The notes under the pieces: generated by a model
Seen by the model: only the letters and a program-made list of their open reading frames with translations
Told to the model about the DNA's origin: nothing
Database searches by the model: none
Source of the DNA: Chiloscyllium plagiosum
Taxonomy: Eukaryota
DNA: 64,000 bases
Reading direction: 5' to 3'
NCBI RefSeq assembly: GCF_004010195.1
Contig: NC_057713.1
Location: 2,101,614-2,165,613 of the forward strand
Shown here: piece by piece, positions 11,691 to 27,219 of the stretch
Layout of the letters: the number at the start of each line of letters is the position of its first letter
Position numbering within the stretch: position 1 is the stretch's first letter
Position numbers and translations under genes: made by a program

Positions 11691-13273
11691 TTTTTAGCCC
11701 AGCATATGCTGAGGATAGCGGTGGAATGGGTCAGATTATGTAGCCATTCCTTTCCTGATTCCTCAATCCTGCTAAGAAGAAAAGTTGGCTGGCTGGCTGT
11801 CCCTCCCACAGAATTCCTCTTCCTCTTTTGAAGCTCTGCATTTCCTTAAAATGTCCTGGTGTCTCTCCTCCCAGTGGAATATGGAGGAGGCTGTTCAGCT
11901 GTTGTCTATCTGTAGCCTCATCCACTTTACTGCCAGTGTTCTACAATCCTCATTCAGCAACCAGTTTTGAAATTCCTAACTAACCTCACTTTCTTGGGTG
12001 TGTACCCTTGACTCTCTGGTATTGTGCAACATGTTTCCTGATGTTACATCTGAAAACTTTGCAGTTACACGAGCCACTCTTGGGCATCTTTCCCTGAGAA
12101 GGAAACAATTTATCCAGACTCCAAATAGATCTGGTCACTTTTTTTTTACTTTTTTGCCTTTCATTTTTGGTGTGTTGGCTACACTGAGCTGAGACTTGTG
12201 CATAGGTTTAAAGTGCAATGTTTGGACTCAGTTTAACTGAGATCCAGGTAGTGATGCTAAAGTCAACATTTGTGGCTCATTGGTGAAGGTATTGCTCACT
12301 CGCATTTCTATGGTCTCTTGGGTGTGTGGAGGCAGCCACGGTTGCTGTCTGGAAAGGGCTCCAGGGTTTGACTTGTGGCAGAACAGTGCTCCAAATCAGG
12401 ATGGTGTGAATTGGAGTGGAGTTTTCTGGCAGTGATGTCATCTGCCCTTGTCCTCCATGTGGTAGTGGTCATGGTTCAGAAGGTGCTGCCAAGGGGACTT
12501 GACCCATTACTACAAGGCAACTTGTGGATGGTACACCCCATTATGACTGCATTAGTGTGAATGGTGAAAGTCCAAGCTTACAGACAGTTTACAAGAATAC
12601 TAACTGGTGTCACCTGGAGAATGCACTATTTAAATATTTGATCACTAACTAGAGTTTGCTTTAGATATAACTTCACTAAAGGAATTGTTCAAACAACGAC
12701 TGTTTACAGCTTTGCTTGCCAAGACAGGGGCTGGATGCTAACAGAACTCCCAATACAGACAACTGAGCTGAACAGTCTATTTTAAATTGGGTTTTCTACA
12801 ATTATTTAGCATTCCTGGATTATTCAGCAAATGCTATCCAACACTTATGGTACTGCAATTGGATATTGGAATCTTCAGTGTAACCTAATTAAAGTCAAGA
12901 CCTTATCTCCTGTAAACTACTTATTTGATACCAAACACTAGTGTGTGGATACATGGTCAATGTGCCTGATATTAACCCAGCCCTGAAATTCACCTATGAC
13001 ATCATTGTGTAATAGGCAAAAAATGGTCTTGGTTTGACAGCAGCATTGGTGGTGAGTGTGACTTGTAATATTACTCCACAAGCTAACTTCACTTGTTTGT
13101 GAAATGAGCTTTTGCCTAATCCTGAAAATAACCTCTTTCTCAGAATGAAAGAAGTAGCCTAGATCCTCTTCATGAGCCGATATCTTGTTCCTTATGCCAG
13201 AGTCTTTATTATTCCTTTTTTATGGAAGGTAGGCTTCAATGGTTGGCCAGCACTTACTACCCTCTGAGCTGTC

Positions 13274-13584
13274 AGATTAGATTACTTAATGTGGAAACAG
13301 GTCCTTCGGCCCAACAAGTCCACACCAACCCACCGAAGCGCAACCCACCCAAACCCATTCCCCTACATTTTACCTTCACTAACACTATGGGCAATTTAGG
13401 ATAGCCAATCGACCTAACCTGCACTTTTTTTTTTTCTTTGGACTGTGGGAGGAAACCGGAGCACCTGGAGGAAACCCACCCAGACACTGGGAGAATGTGC
13501 AAACTCCAGTCAGTTGCCTGAGGTGGGAATTGATCTCTGGTGCTGTGAGGCAACCGTGCTAATGACTGTGCCACCATGCTGCCC
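13274..13584 (-). mobile_element. HE1/V-SINE
   Basis: tRNA-derived head, V-domain (tgggtttcctccaggtgctccggtttcctcccacagtccaaaga) and CR1-like tail on the minus strand. Confidence 0.85.
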
Positions 13585-13944
13585 AGGTAGACCCAAAATG
13601 ATGGGGAGGGTATGCCAAACCTAGTTCCACCTGAAAGGACCAGTGCATCAGACAAACCACACTGAATCCTGTCTTTGAATGACACTGGAGCAGTGTATTT
13701 CCATCTAGGAGTTACCTCTAAAGGTACAGTTTTTGACACCACCTTGCAACTACAGTAGTTCGAGGCAGTTCACCAGTATTTTGAAAAAGTGAAATCCAGG
13801 GAAAATGTTGGCCCAGTGACTGTCCCAGCAATGGCTTTTAAAAAGACTACTTTGGAATGTCAACTGAAATAGTCTGAATAGGAGTGTTTTTTTTAAAGAT
13901 TAATTGGTGCTTGAGTTATTCTTATCTTTATCATCTTGTTCTAG

Positions 13945-14949
<1,005 letters not shown>

Positions 14950-15286
14950 CATGCTTCTAGGGCTCTAGCCGTTGAAAGTGACAAATCCCTGGAGAATAAT
15001 GTTTTGTTTCTCTCTGATCTGCCTTTGCTCAGGCTGATCTAATACATTCTCCCCTGTTCCTCCTGCTTCCTCTTCCACTTCCTCCTTTAGTCATGTGCAG
15101 TTTGAATATCTCCTTTTTTGGGCAATGGAGACCATACCATTATGATCTGAAATGGGCTCTAATTGCCAGTGAAGAATAATTTCTTTTTTAAAAAGCAGCA
15201 TTACTGTCCTTTAATTCATGAACTGATGGATAATGTCTGTGACACTGAAGGTTTACATAGTGGTGAATGTAACTTTATCATGTGAA

Positions 15287-15292
15287 AATAAA
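15287..15292 (+). terminator. Polyadenylation signal of gene A
   Basis: AATAAA about 340 nt after the stop, followed by a T-rich tract. Confidence 0.65.
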
Positions 15293-15675
15293 TCACTTTG
15301 TCAACAATTTTTTTTTTCTGGATAATCATTTCTTTTGAGAACAAGAAACGTGAATTCAGTGAGTTTTGCAGTCAGTCAGGCTGAGAATTGGACTCAGTTT
15401 CAAATTTATACTTCTCCTCACTGCAACAACTTTCATTTTAAGATAGCAGATGTTGTAATTTATATTTATTATAATAACTGCTAAAACAAATTTTAATGGG
15501 ACTGATTGGAGGACATCTTATTTAGCAAGATGTTGCCTGAAGGAGCATATTCAGCATTGTGTGGCTTCAGTTGGCTGAAGCTCTTTTCATAACCGGAACA
15601 GCATTTATCTACAGTACTCCACTTTCTACCAGCTCTAAGTGGTGTCTTAATCAGACACCTCTGTTTTCATTGAGA

Positions 15676-15870
15676 AGAAAGTGAGGTCTGCAGATGCTGG
15701 AGATCAGAGGTGGAAATGTGTTGCTGGAAAAGCGCAGCATCCAGGGAACAGGAGAATCAACGTTTCGGGCATAAGCCGAAAGAAGGGCTTATGCCCAAAA
15801 CGTCGATTCTCCTGTTCCCTGGATGCTGCCTGACCTGCTGCGCTTTTCCAGCAACACCTTTCCACCTCTG
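15676..15870. mobile_element. Family-1 palindromic Penelope-derived element
   Basis: Two inverted arms around gggcataagc...gcttatgccc. Confidence 0.75.
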
Positions 15871-17629
15871 TTTTCATGTAGCAGTTTGCTGCCCCATTTC
15901 AGTGACTGCACTTTGTTCACTAGTACACTCTATCTGCTCACAAAAGCTGCAGTCTTTATTCTTGCTCCTGTTTTCTGAGGTCCGAGAGGGAATTTTTTTT
16001 TACATAACTTCATTTATTTAATAGGATTTCATGTAAATAACACTTTGATACCTCCACTTGAGGGAGATTTCTCCAACTAGAGCACATTATGTCCTCTCGA
16101 GAGATTCCTTGCCATCTACATATGCATTTAAAGCACAACTGTAAACATTGAAGCTGTAGCTGGCATCAAAGCACTTGAAGGGGATTGTTTTTCTTTAAAA
16201 CCAGGTCCATAATGAGGGCCCCTATCAGCCAAGGCATAGGCAGATCAGACTAATTTTGTCAAATATTGGGTCAGGTTCAAGGACCTGAATGGCCTCCTTT
16301 GGATTCTTCACAACAAACGTGTACTTAATTTTTTTTTGAAGAAAAGGACACTGCAAGGTTTTCATCTTGTACTTAACATCACTATTTCTTAGTTGTCCTG
16401 GTAAGGAGAATAGTGACCGAATGACCAGTACTGAACTCCAGTGGGAACCTGACCCTGGAGACTGTGTAATGACAACATCTCTCCTAACTTGTTCACGCAG
16501 TATTATTAACTGCTTTTCCCCTTTTTAAACTGGCGATCGTGAATTGTTTGGATTTTTGACAAAAGCAGAACTGAAGATCTAAGAGCAAAGTTTTATGCAG
16601 CGACAAATCAACCCATCACTAACCACAATGAAGGGTCTAACCTGGCTTCACACTTGCAGCAATACTGTAGAGAGGAAGAGATTTAAAATTTGACATAATA
16701 TGCCATACCTAAAAGGCCTTCAATCTACACTTGCATAGCTGTATCAATAGGAGAATAGATTTGAAGATAATGCAGACCTGTGTCAGTTTGGGACCAGGTG
16801 AGAGAGGGAGGTATGCCTCCCCAGGGAAAGGAGTAGATGTTCAGTGGTAGTGGGGGCTAGTCCAAATGGAGAACCTTACACCTAAACCAACATCCCTGCT
16901 GGTTTGAGCTGATTAAGTGAGAAGTAATGCTTGTCGCTCAGACAATGACTGATTCTCTCCTAAAAGAGAAAATCTATAGCTCAGTGCTGGGGCAGCAAGT
17001 TAATTTGGATGAGGAAAACTATTGCACTATAGCTAAGTATGTAGATGATAAAAAAAGTGGGAGGATGTAGGTGGAAGGATAGAGACCAGTAAGTAGGCAA
17101 AATACTTGACCGACTAAAATGTGAGGTTCGGCACTTTAGCAGGAAGAATAAAGGTGCTGAATATTATTTAAATTGATAAAGAATGCAGAAAGCTATATAG
17201 CACAGGGATTTAGGAGTCCTCATCCGAAGAAGTAGGACATTCTCATTTTCAAACTCATTCAGTGTAATCATGGCTGACTGTTTAACTCCGTACCCTGTTT
17301 CTGCTTTCTCCCCACACCCTTTGATATATTTAACCCTCCGTCTCCATGTGCAGCACATGGACTGCAGTGATTTTAAAAGGACAGTTCGTTGTCTTCTCAA
17401 GGGCAGCTCGGGACAGGTAATGAATGCTGGCCCAGCCAGGGACACCTACATCCCACAAGTGAACCTTTTTTGAAAACAAAATTGATAATTCCTCAAACAT
17501 TGTGTTTTGGCCTCAACTGCTTTGTGTGGCATAGAATTCCACAGGCTCACCACTCTCTGGATGAAGCAATTTCACTTCATCTCAGTCCTTAGATACACAG
17601 GCTTTAGAGATATACAGATCCTCCCCTTA

Positions 17630-17924
17630 GGGGCAACACGGTGGCTCAGTGGTTAGCACTGCTGCCTCACAGCGCTAGGGACCCGAGTTCAATTCCAGCC
17701 TCAGGTGACTGTCTGTGTGGAGTTTACACATTCTCCCAGTGTCTCTGTGGGTTTCCTCTGGGTGCTCCGGTCTCCTCCCACAATCCAAAGGTGTGCAGGT
17801 TAGGTGAATTGGCCATGATAAATTGTCCATAGTGTTCAAGGGTGTGTAGGTTTGGTGCTTTTGTCAAGGGTGTGGACATGTTGGGCTGAAGGGCCTGTTT
17901 CCACACTAGGGATTCTATGATTCT
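17630..17924 (+). mobile_element. HE1/V-SINE
   Basis: gtggctcagtggttagc A box, gagttcaattcc B box, V-domain and attctatg tail. Confidence 0.85.
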
Positions 17925-20900
17925 ACCTAAACCTGTCAAAGGATCTGTATCCCTTTGCTCCCTGTCCATTCATGTATCTGTCTAGATAGATCTTAAATAA
18001 TGCTATTGTGCCCACCTCTACCCATCCACTGGCAACATGTTCCAGGCACCCACTACCCTCTCCATAAAGAACTTTCCATGTATATCTCCCTTAACATTTT
18101 CCCCCCTCACCTTGAACTCGTGACCAGTAATTAAGACCCCTACTCTGGGGAAAAAGCTTCTTCCTATCCACCCTGTCTATACCTCTCATGATTTTGTAGA
18201 CCTTATTCAGGTTCTCCCCTCAACCTCTGTTTTTCTAATGAAAATAATCCTAATCTACTTAACCTCTCTTCACAGCTGGCACCCTCCATACAAGGCAACA
18301 TCTTGGTGAACCTCCTCTGCATCCTCTCAAATGCATCCACATCCTTTTGGTAATGTGGCAACCAGAACTGTATTCCAAATGTGGCCAAACCAAAGTCTTA
18401 TACAACTGTAACATGACCTGCCAACTCTTGTACTCAACACCCCGTCTGACGAAGGAAAGCATGCTGTATGCCTTCTTGACCACTCCATTGACCTGTGTTA
18501 CCACCTTCAGGGAACAATGGACCTGAACACCCAGATCTCTCCGTACATCAATTTTCCCCACAGCTTTTCCATTTACCTTATGGTTTGCTCTTGAATCGGA
18601 TCTTTGAAAATGCATCACCTCGCATTTGCCCGGACTGACCTCCATCTGCCATTTCTCTGCCCAGTCTATCTATATTCTGCTGTATTCTGACAGACCCCTT
18701 CACTATCTGCTACTTCACCAATTTTAGTGTCATCTGCAAACTTGCTAATCAGACCACCTATACCTTCCTCCAGATCATTTATGTACATCACAAACAACAG
18801 TGGTCCCAGCACGGATCCCTGTGGAACACCACTGGTCACAGGTCTCTATTTTGAGAAACTCACTTCCGCTACTACTCTCTGTCTGTTGCTGCCCAGATAG
18901 TTCTTTATCCATCTAGCTAGTACACCCTGCACCCCATGCAACTTCACTTTCTCCATCAGCCTACTATTGGGAACTTTATCAAACATCTTACTGAAGTCCA
19001 TGTATATGACATCTATAGACCTTCCCTCATCAATCAACTTTGTCACTTCCTCAAAGAATTCTATTAAGTTGAAATTCTATTAAGCTGCTCAAAATTATGT
19101 TGTCTGTTACTGACAAGCCCATTTTCTTCCCAATGTAAATAGATCCGATCCCTCAATATCTTCTCTAGCAACTTTCCTAATATTAACATCAGGCTCACCA
19201 GACTACAATTACCTGGATTATCCCAGCTACCTTTCTTAAACAAGGAGACAACAGGAGCAATTCTCCAGTCCTCTAGGACCTCACCTGTGTTCAGGGATGT
19301 TGCAAGGATATCTGTTAAGGCCCCAGCTATCTCCTCTCTTCCTCAGTAACCTGGACAGATCCCATCCAGACCTAGGGACTAGTCCACCTTAGAATACCAA
19401 TACTTCCCCTCTCCTTATGCCAACTTGACCTAGAGTAATCAAATCCCTAGCCTCAACAATCATCATGTCCCTCTCATCTGTGAATACTGATACAAGGTAC
19501 TGTTATGAATCTCCCCCATTCTCTCTGACTCCACGCATAACTTTCCTCCTTTGAGTGGGCCAACCCTTTCTCTCTTTACCCTCTTGCTCCTTATATACAA
19601 ATAAAAGGTTTTGGGATTTTCCTTAACCCTGTTTCTAAAGATATTTCATGACCCTTTTTAGCCCTCTTAATTCCTCATTTCAGATTGGTCCTACTTTCCT
19701 AATGTTCTTCTAAAGCTTCGTCTGTTTTCAGTGGCCTAAACCTTATGTACGTTTCCTTTATTCTCTGAGCTAGTCTCACAATTTCACTTCTCAACCATGG
19801 TTGTCTAATCTTGTCATTTCCATCCCACATTTTCAAAAGGACATGTCTGTCCTGCATTCTAATAAGCCTCTCTGTAAAGGCCTCCCACATATTAAATGTG
19901 GATTTACCTTCAAACAGCTGCTCCAATCTACAATCACCAGCTGCTGCCGAATTTTGGTACAGTTGGCCTTCCCCCAATTTAGCTCTTCCTTTAGGACCAC
20001 TCTTGTCCTTGTCCATGAATATTCTAAAACTTATGGGATTGTGATCATTTATTCCCGAAGTAATCCCCGACTAAAACTTCAACCACCTGGCTGGGCTCAT
20101 TCCCCAAAACCAGGTCCAGTATGGCCCCTTCCCAAGTTGGACTATTTACATGCTACTCTAGAAAACCCTCCTGGATGCTCCATCTAGACCTCTAACACTA
20201 AGTGAATCCCAGTCAATGTTGGGAAAATTAAAATCTCCTTTCACACTACGCTGTTACTCCTACATCTTTCCATAATCTATACCTCTATCTCACGCTCACT
20301 GTTGGGAGGCCTGTAGTACAGCCCCAACATTGTTACCAAACCCTTCCTATTTCTGAGCTCTGCCCATATTGCCTCAGTGCTTGAGTCCTCCATAGTGCCC
20401 TCCTTCAGCACAGCTGTGATAGCCTCTCTGGCCAGTAATGCAACTCCTCCACTCCTTTTACCTCCCTCTCTATCCTGCCTGAAGAAGGGCTTATGCCCGA
20501 AAGGTCGATTCTCCTGTTCCCTGGATGCTGCCTGACCTGCTGCGCTTTTCCAGCAACACATTTTCAGCTCTGATCTCCAGCATCTGCAGACCTCACTTTC
20601 TCCTGAAGTATCTATACCCTAGGATATTTAGTTGCCAATCGTTCCCTTCCCTCAACCAAGCCTCAGTAACAGCAATAACATCATACTCCCAGATACTAAT
20701 CCAACCCCTAAGTTCATCTGCCATTCTGACTACACTTCTCACATTAAAACTAATACATCTGAGACCAGCTGTCCCTTTCATCAACGTCTCCCTGCCTTCT
20801 CTTCCCCTTGGTCACGCTGACTTCATGATCCAGTTTTTTACAGGCTTTAGTTACTGCCCCCTTACTGTCCACTAACCTCCTCATTTGGTTCCCATCCCCC

Positions 20901-20975
20901 TGCCACATTAGTTTAGACCCTCCCCAACAGCATTAGCAAAAGCACCCCCAAGGACATTGGTTCCAGTCTGGCCCA
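17925..20975 (-). mobile_element. Degraded CR1 LINE (endonuclease to RT) with a family-1 arm inserted at 20478-20602
   Basis: ISFNVRSV, YDVIAVTEAWL, LYYRPPNS, DVIYMDFSK and KCEVMHF motifs in broken frames. Confidence 0.88.
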
Positions 20976-21990
20976 AAGTTTTTTTTATTAATTTGTGGGA
21001 TTTATGTGTCGCTGGCTGGCCAGCGTTGATAGCCCATCCCTATTTGCCCTTGAGAAGGTGCTGGTGAGCTGCCTTCTTGAATCGCTGCATTCCACTTGCT
21101 GTGGGTTGACCCATAATGCTGCTTGGGGGGGAATTCCAGGATTTTGACCCAGTGACACTGAAGGAATGGCAGCATATTTCCAAGTCAGGGTAGTGAGTGG
21201 CTTGGAGGGGATCTTGCAGCTGGTGGTGTTCCCAAGTACCTACTGCCCTTGTCCATCAAGCTGGAAGTGGTTGTGGGTTTGGAAGGTGCAGTATAAGGAT
21301 CTTTGGTGAATTTCTGCAATGCATCTTATAGGTAGTACACACTGCTGCTACTGAGCATCGGTGGTGGAGGGATTAGTGCCAATCAAGTGGGTTGCTTTGT
21401 CCTGGACAGTGTCAAACTTCTTGAATGTTGTTGGAGCTGCACCATCCAGGGCAAGTGGGGAGTATTCCATCACATTCCTGACTTGTGCCTTGTAGATAGA
21501 TTTTAGGGTGTCAGGAGGTGCGTTACTTGCTGCAGTGTACCTAGTCTCTCATCTGCTCTAGTAGCCACTGTGTTTATGTGGGGAGTCCAGTTGAGTTTCT
21601 GGTCAATGGTAACCCCAAGGATGTTGACAGTGGGGGATTCAGTGATGGTAATACTGTTGAAAGTCAAGGGGTGATGGTTAGAGTGTCTCTTCTTGGTGAT
21701 GGACACTGTCTGGCATTTGTGTGGTGTAAATGTTACTTGCCACTTGTTGGCCCAAGCCTTCAGTATCTGAGGAGTCGTGCAATCATCAGCTAACAATCCT
21801 CACCTTATGACACAGGGGAAGGTCATTGATGCAACAGCTGAAGATTGTTGGGTCTGGGACACTACCCTGAGGGACTCCTGGAGCTGAGATGACTGACTCT
21901 CCACAACCACAACCACAACCATCTTCCTTTGTGCCAGGTATGACTCCAACCAGCGGAGTGCTTGCCCCCTGATACCCATTGATTCCAGGC

Positions 21991-22182
21991 GAAAGTGAGG
22001 ACTGCAGATGCTGGAGGTTAGAGTCAAGAGTGTGGTGCTGGAAAAGCACAGCAGATCAGACAGCATCCAAGGAGCAGGAAAATCGATGTTGCTGATGAAG
22101 GGCTTTTGGCCAAAACATCGATTTTCCTGCTCCTCAAATGCTTCCTGACCTACTGTGCTTTTCCAGAACCACACTCTTGACT
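21991..22182. mobile_element. Family-1 palindromic Penelope-derived element
   Basis: Inverted arms; ctgatgaagggcttttggccaaaac core at about 22092. Confidence 0.75.
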
Positions 22183-22210
22183 CATTGATTTCAGTTTTGC
22201 CAGTGCTCCT

Positions 22211-23878
22211 TAGAACAAAGAACAAAGAAAATGTACAGCCCAGGAACAGGCCCTTCAGCCCTCCAAGCCTGAGCCGATCCAAATCTACTGTCTAAACCTG
22301 TCGCCCAATTCCTAAGCATCTGTATCCCTCTGCTCCCCACCTACTCATGCATCTGTCCAGACGCATCTTAAATGAATCTACTGTGCCTGCTTCTACCACC
22401 TCTGCTGGCAACACGTTCCAAACACCCACCACCCTCTGTGTGTGAAGTACTTGCTGCGTGTATCCCCTTTAAACTTTTCACCTCTCGCCTTGAAAGCGTG
22501 ACCTCTCGTTATTGAATCCTTCACCCTGGGAAAAAGCTTATCTTTATCTACCCTGTCTATACCCTTCATGATTTTGTAAACCTCAATCTTTTTTCTAATG
22601 AAAACAAACCTAACCTACTCAACCTCTCTTCATAGCTAGCACCTTCCATACCAGGCAACATCCTCGTAAACCTTCTCTGCACCCTCTCCAAAGCGTCCAC
22701 ATCCTTTTGGTAACCTGGTGACCAGAACTGTGCACAGTATTCTAAATGCAGCCGAACCAATGTCTTGTACAATTTTAACATGAGTTGCTAGCTCCTATAC
22801 TAAATACCCCGTCTAATGAAGGCAAGCATACTTTCTTGACCACTCTAGCCAACTGTGAAGAAACCTTCAGGGTACAATGGACCTGCATTCCCAGATCTCT
22901 CTGCCCATCAACTTTTCCCAACTTCTCTTCCGTTCATTGTATAATTCACTCTAGAATCAGTCTTGCCTAAATGCATCACCTCACGTTTGTCTGGATTGAA
23001 CTCCATCTGCCACTTTTCCGCCCAACTCTCCAGTCTATCTATATCCTCCTGTATTCTCTGACAGTCCCTTATATTTTCTTCTACTCCACTAATCTTCGTG
23101 TCATCTGCAAACTTGTTGATCATATCAACAGTGCCCTCTTCCAGATCATTTATGTATATCACAAACAACAGTGGCCCCAACACTGACCCCTGTGGAACAC
23201 CACTGGTCACCTTTCTCCATTTCGAGAAACTCCCTTCAACAACTACTACTCTCTGTCTCCTGTTGCTCAACCAGTTCTTTATCCACCTGTTTAGAACACC
23301 CTGCACACCATGTGACTTCACTTTCTCTATTAGTCTACAATGGGGAACCTTATCAAACGCCTTACTAAAGTCCATGTATATGACATCCACAGCCCTTCCT
23401 TCATCTATCAACTTGGTCACTTCCCCCAAGAACTCTATTAAGTTGGTAAGGCACCATTTCCCCCACACAGATCCATGTTGCCTATCACTGATAAGCCCAT
23501 TCTTTTCTAAATATAAATAGATCCTGTCCCACAGTACCCTCTCCAGCAACTTCCCCACCACTGACGTCAGGCTCACTGGTCTGTAGTTACCCGGAATATC
23601 CCTCCTACCCTTCTTGTACAGGGGGGATAACATGAGCAACCTTCCAGTCCTCCAGCACCTCACCTGTGTTTAAGGATGCCACAAAGATATCTGCCAGGGC
23701 CCCAGCTATTTCCTCTATCTCCTCCCTCAGCAACCTGGAATAGATCCCATCCAGTCCTGGGGATTTGTCCACTTTAATAACCACTTGCCTACCCAACACA
23801 TCTTCCCTACCTATGTCAACGTGATCCAGACTAATCAAACTTCTAACTCTAGTCTCAACATTCATCATGTTCCTTTCC
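22211..23878 (-). mobile_element. Younger CR1 LINE (RT and 3'UTR) nested in family B
   Basis: 251-aa ORF with [35 protein letters not shown] and KFADDTK; (tttgttct)n tail at 22211-22228. Confidence 0.92.
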
Positions 23879-24042
23879 TTGATACCATACTCAGTCAAAT
23901 GCAGCCTTGATGTCAAGTGCTGTCACTCTCACCTCACCTCACCTTTGAAATTTAGCTCTTTTGCCCATGTTTGAACCAAGGCTGTAATGAGGTCAGGAGC
24001 TGTGACCCTGGTGACACCCAAACTGGGCATCACTGAGCAGGT

Positions 24043-24167
24043 AAAAACAATGACTGCAGATGCTGGAAACCAGATTCTGGATCAGTGGTGCTGGAAGAGC
24101 ACAGCAGTTCAGGCAGCATCCAAGGAGCTTCGAAATCGACGTTTCGGGCAAAAGCCCTTCATCAGGA
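24043..24167. mobile_element. Family-1 Penelope-derived arm
   Basis: ctgcagatgctgg...gacgtttcgggcaaaagcccttcatcagg; intact hammerhead-like core on the minus strand. Confidence 0.75.
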
Positions 24168-24954
24168 AGGTGCAGGTGCTGCTTGGTAGCACTGTTGATG
24201 AGCCCTTCCATCACTTTACTGATGATGGAGAGTCGACTGATTGGGCAATAATTGGCTGGGTTGGATTTCTCCTGCTTTTTATGTACAGGACATACTGGGC
24301 AATTTTCCACATTGTCGGGTAGATGCCAGTGTTGGAACTGTACTGGACAGCTTGGCTAGCGGAGCGGCAAGTTCTAGAGCACACGTCTTCAGTACTATTG
24401 CCGGAATGTTCTCAGGGCCCATTGCCTTTGCAGTATCCAGTGGCTGCAGCCCTTCCTTGATATCACGTGGAGTGAACTAATGAAGCGTGGTATCTGTGAT
24501 GCTGGGGATCACAGGAGAGCCCAAGATGGATCATCCACTCAGCACTTCTGACTGAAGATTGCTGCAAATGTATCAGCCTTATCTTTGCCCTGATGCGCTG
24601 GGCTCCTCCATCATTGAGGATGGGGATATTTGTGAAGCCTCCTCCTCCAGTGAGTGAGTTAATTATCCACCACCATTCACCACTGGAAGTAAGAGGGCTG
24701 CAGAGCTTCGATCTGATCTGTTGGTTGTGGGATCGCTTAGCTCTGTCTGTCACTTACTATTTATGCTGTTTGGTAAGTAGTCCTGTTTGGTAGCTTCACT
24801 AGGTTGACACCTCATTTTCAGGTCTGCCTGATGCTGCTCCTGGCATGGCCTCCTGCACTCTCCATTGGACAGGGTTGGTCGCCTGGCTTGATGGTAATGG
24901 TTGAGTGGGGGATGTACCGGACCGTGAGGTTATAGATTGTGCTGGAATACAGTT

Positions 24955-25276
24955 TAGATTAGATTAGATTACTTACAGTGTGGAAACAGGCCCTTCGGCC
25001 CAACAAGTCCACACTGACCCTCCGAAGAGCAACCCACCCAGACCCATTCATCTACATTTACCCCTTCACCTAACACTACAGGCAATTTAGTATGGCCAAT
25101 TCACCTAACCTGCACATCTTTGGACTGTGGGAGGAAACCGGAGCACCCAGGAGAAACCCATGCAGACACGGGGAGAAAGTGCAAACGCCACGCAGACAGT
25201 TGTCTGAGGCAGGAATTGAACCCGGGTCTCTGGTGCTGTGAGGCAGCAGTGCTAACCACTGTGCCACCGTGCTGCC
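24955..25276 (-). mobile_element. HE1/V-SINE, full length
   Basis: (ttaga)n tail, V-domain and tRNA-like head on the minus strand. Confidence 0.88.
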
Positions 25277-26059
25277 TAACAGTTCTGCTGCTATTGATGG
25301 TCCACAGTGCATCATGGATGCCCAGTCTTGGCCTACTAGATTGGTTCAAAGTCTGTCCCATTTAGCATGGTGTTAATGTGACACAGTATGATGGAGGGTA
25401 TTCTCAATGTCAAGGACAGTGCAGTGGTCACTCTTACTGACACTGTCATGGACAGATGCTTCTGCAGCCAGCAGATTGGTAAGGATGAGGTCAGGTATGT
25501 TTTTCCCTTTTGTTGGTTCCTTCACAACCTGCCGTAGACCCAGTCCAGCAGCTATGCCCTTTAGGACCCGACCAGCTCGATCAGTAATGCTGCTGTTGAG
25601 CCACTCTTGGTGGTGGGACACTGAAATCCCCCACCTAGAGGACAGTTTGTGTCCTTGCCACCCTCAGTGCTTCCTCCGAGTGATGTTCAACATGGAGGGG
25701 TACTGCTTTATCAGCCATAGGAGGACGGTACATGGTAACCAGTAAGAGGTTTCCTTGCCAATGTTTAACCTGAAACAATGAGACTTCATGGGGTCCGGAG
25801 TTGACGTCAAGGACTCCCAGGGCAACTTCCTCCCGACTGTATACTGCTGTGCCACCACCTCTGCTGGGTCTGCACTGCCGGTGGGACGGGACTTATCTGG
25901 GGATGGTAAAGGCGGTGTCTGAGGTGTTATCTGTAAGGTGTAGACTGTCCAATTTGTAATAGTCCCACCTCCTCCAGAACTATTGCCAAAACTCTGACCC
26001 TCTTCCTCCCCCACCATTTCCCAAACCACGCATTCATCCTGCCTATTGTTTCAGTCCTA

Positions 26060-26960
26060 CTCTGACTAACACGTGACACTGTTAGCAATCCTGAGATTAC
26101 TAATTCTGAGCTCCTACTTTTTTAACTAACTCCTAACTCCCTAAATTCTGCTTGTAGGACCTCATCCTGTTTTTTTTACCTATATCATTGGTGCCTATAT
26201 GCACCATGACAACTGGCTGTTCACCCTCCCCTTGAGAATGTTCTGCAGCCAATCGGAGACATCCCTGACCTGTGCAACTGGGAGGCAACATTCCCTTAGG
26301 GAGTCTCATTTTCAACCACAGGGAGATGACCGCAGGGGACACCTGCACTGGATCCCGCTCTTTCTCTGCCTTTTGGTCATCCATTCCATTTCTCCCTCAG
26401 CAATCCTAATCTACGGTGTGACCGATTCACTAAAAGTGCTATCCATGACCACCTCAGCATCACAGATGCTCCAAAGTGAGTGCATCTGCAGCTCCAGAGC
26501 TGTCATGCGGTCTAACAAGAGCTGCAGCTGGACACACTTCCTCCATGTGAAGGAGCCAGGGACATCAGCCGCGTCCCAGAACTTCCATGTTGAGCAAGAG
26601 GAGCATAACACGGGTCTGAGATCTCCTGCCATTTTTAATCTTAAATTTAACTTAGTCAAACCATAATATCAAGTAATAGATAAAAGAGAAAAAGAAAATG
26701 TTGTACCAATCACACAATAAAAAAGAAATAGAAAACCCTTACCTTATCAACACCTAGGCGGCAGGTGGGAGATGCTACACGTCGTATCTCGAGTTCAGCC
26801 ATTGCCCAAATATATTAGTTCACTCACCATCCCAGAGTGCAGTTCGACCACTCCCACTCAGCTCCTCGCTCTCCCTGACTCTTGAGGTAAGTCCTTTCGG
26901 GGGGAAGTTTACCTTCCAAGCAGCCCCCGGTCCTCGCTCTCCCCGCTTCTGTTGCTGCTG
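26060..26960 (-). mobile_element. CR1 ORF1 and 5'UTR fragment
   Basis: MAGDLRPVLCSSC...KCVQLQLLLDRM zinc-finger/coiled-coil segment and VVMVHIGTNDIG esterase block. Confidence 0.8.
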
Positions 26961-27219
26961 AAAATGGGTGAGCTTGTTGAAATAAATTAGATGCAGAAAG
27001 GCTGTTTCTCTGATGAAGAGTTGAAACGTTAGCGTGTTTTCTCTCCATGGATACTGCCTGACCCGCCGTGATCTCCAGCATTTTTTGTTTTCAGTACAGA
27101 TTTCAGCATCTGTGTTAATTCGCTCCTACAGTTGTTTCCCTTGTGTGAGAATCTAGAACTAGATGGCATAATCTCAGAATAAGAGGTTGGCTATTAAAAA
27201 CATGTTCAAAGGCTTTAAC

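Larger units (their letters stand above)
20985..25950 (-). mobile_element. Family-B LINE (minus strand) hosting four nested insertions
   Basis: ADDCT, WANKWQVTF, NPANYCPISRLSIISKVME and GLRQVVKEPTKGKNIPDLILTN motifs; collinear across the insertions. Confidence 0.8.
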
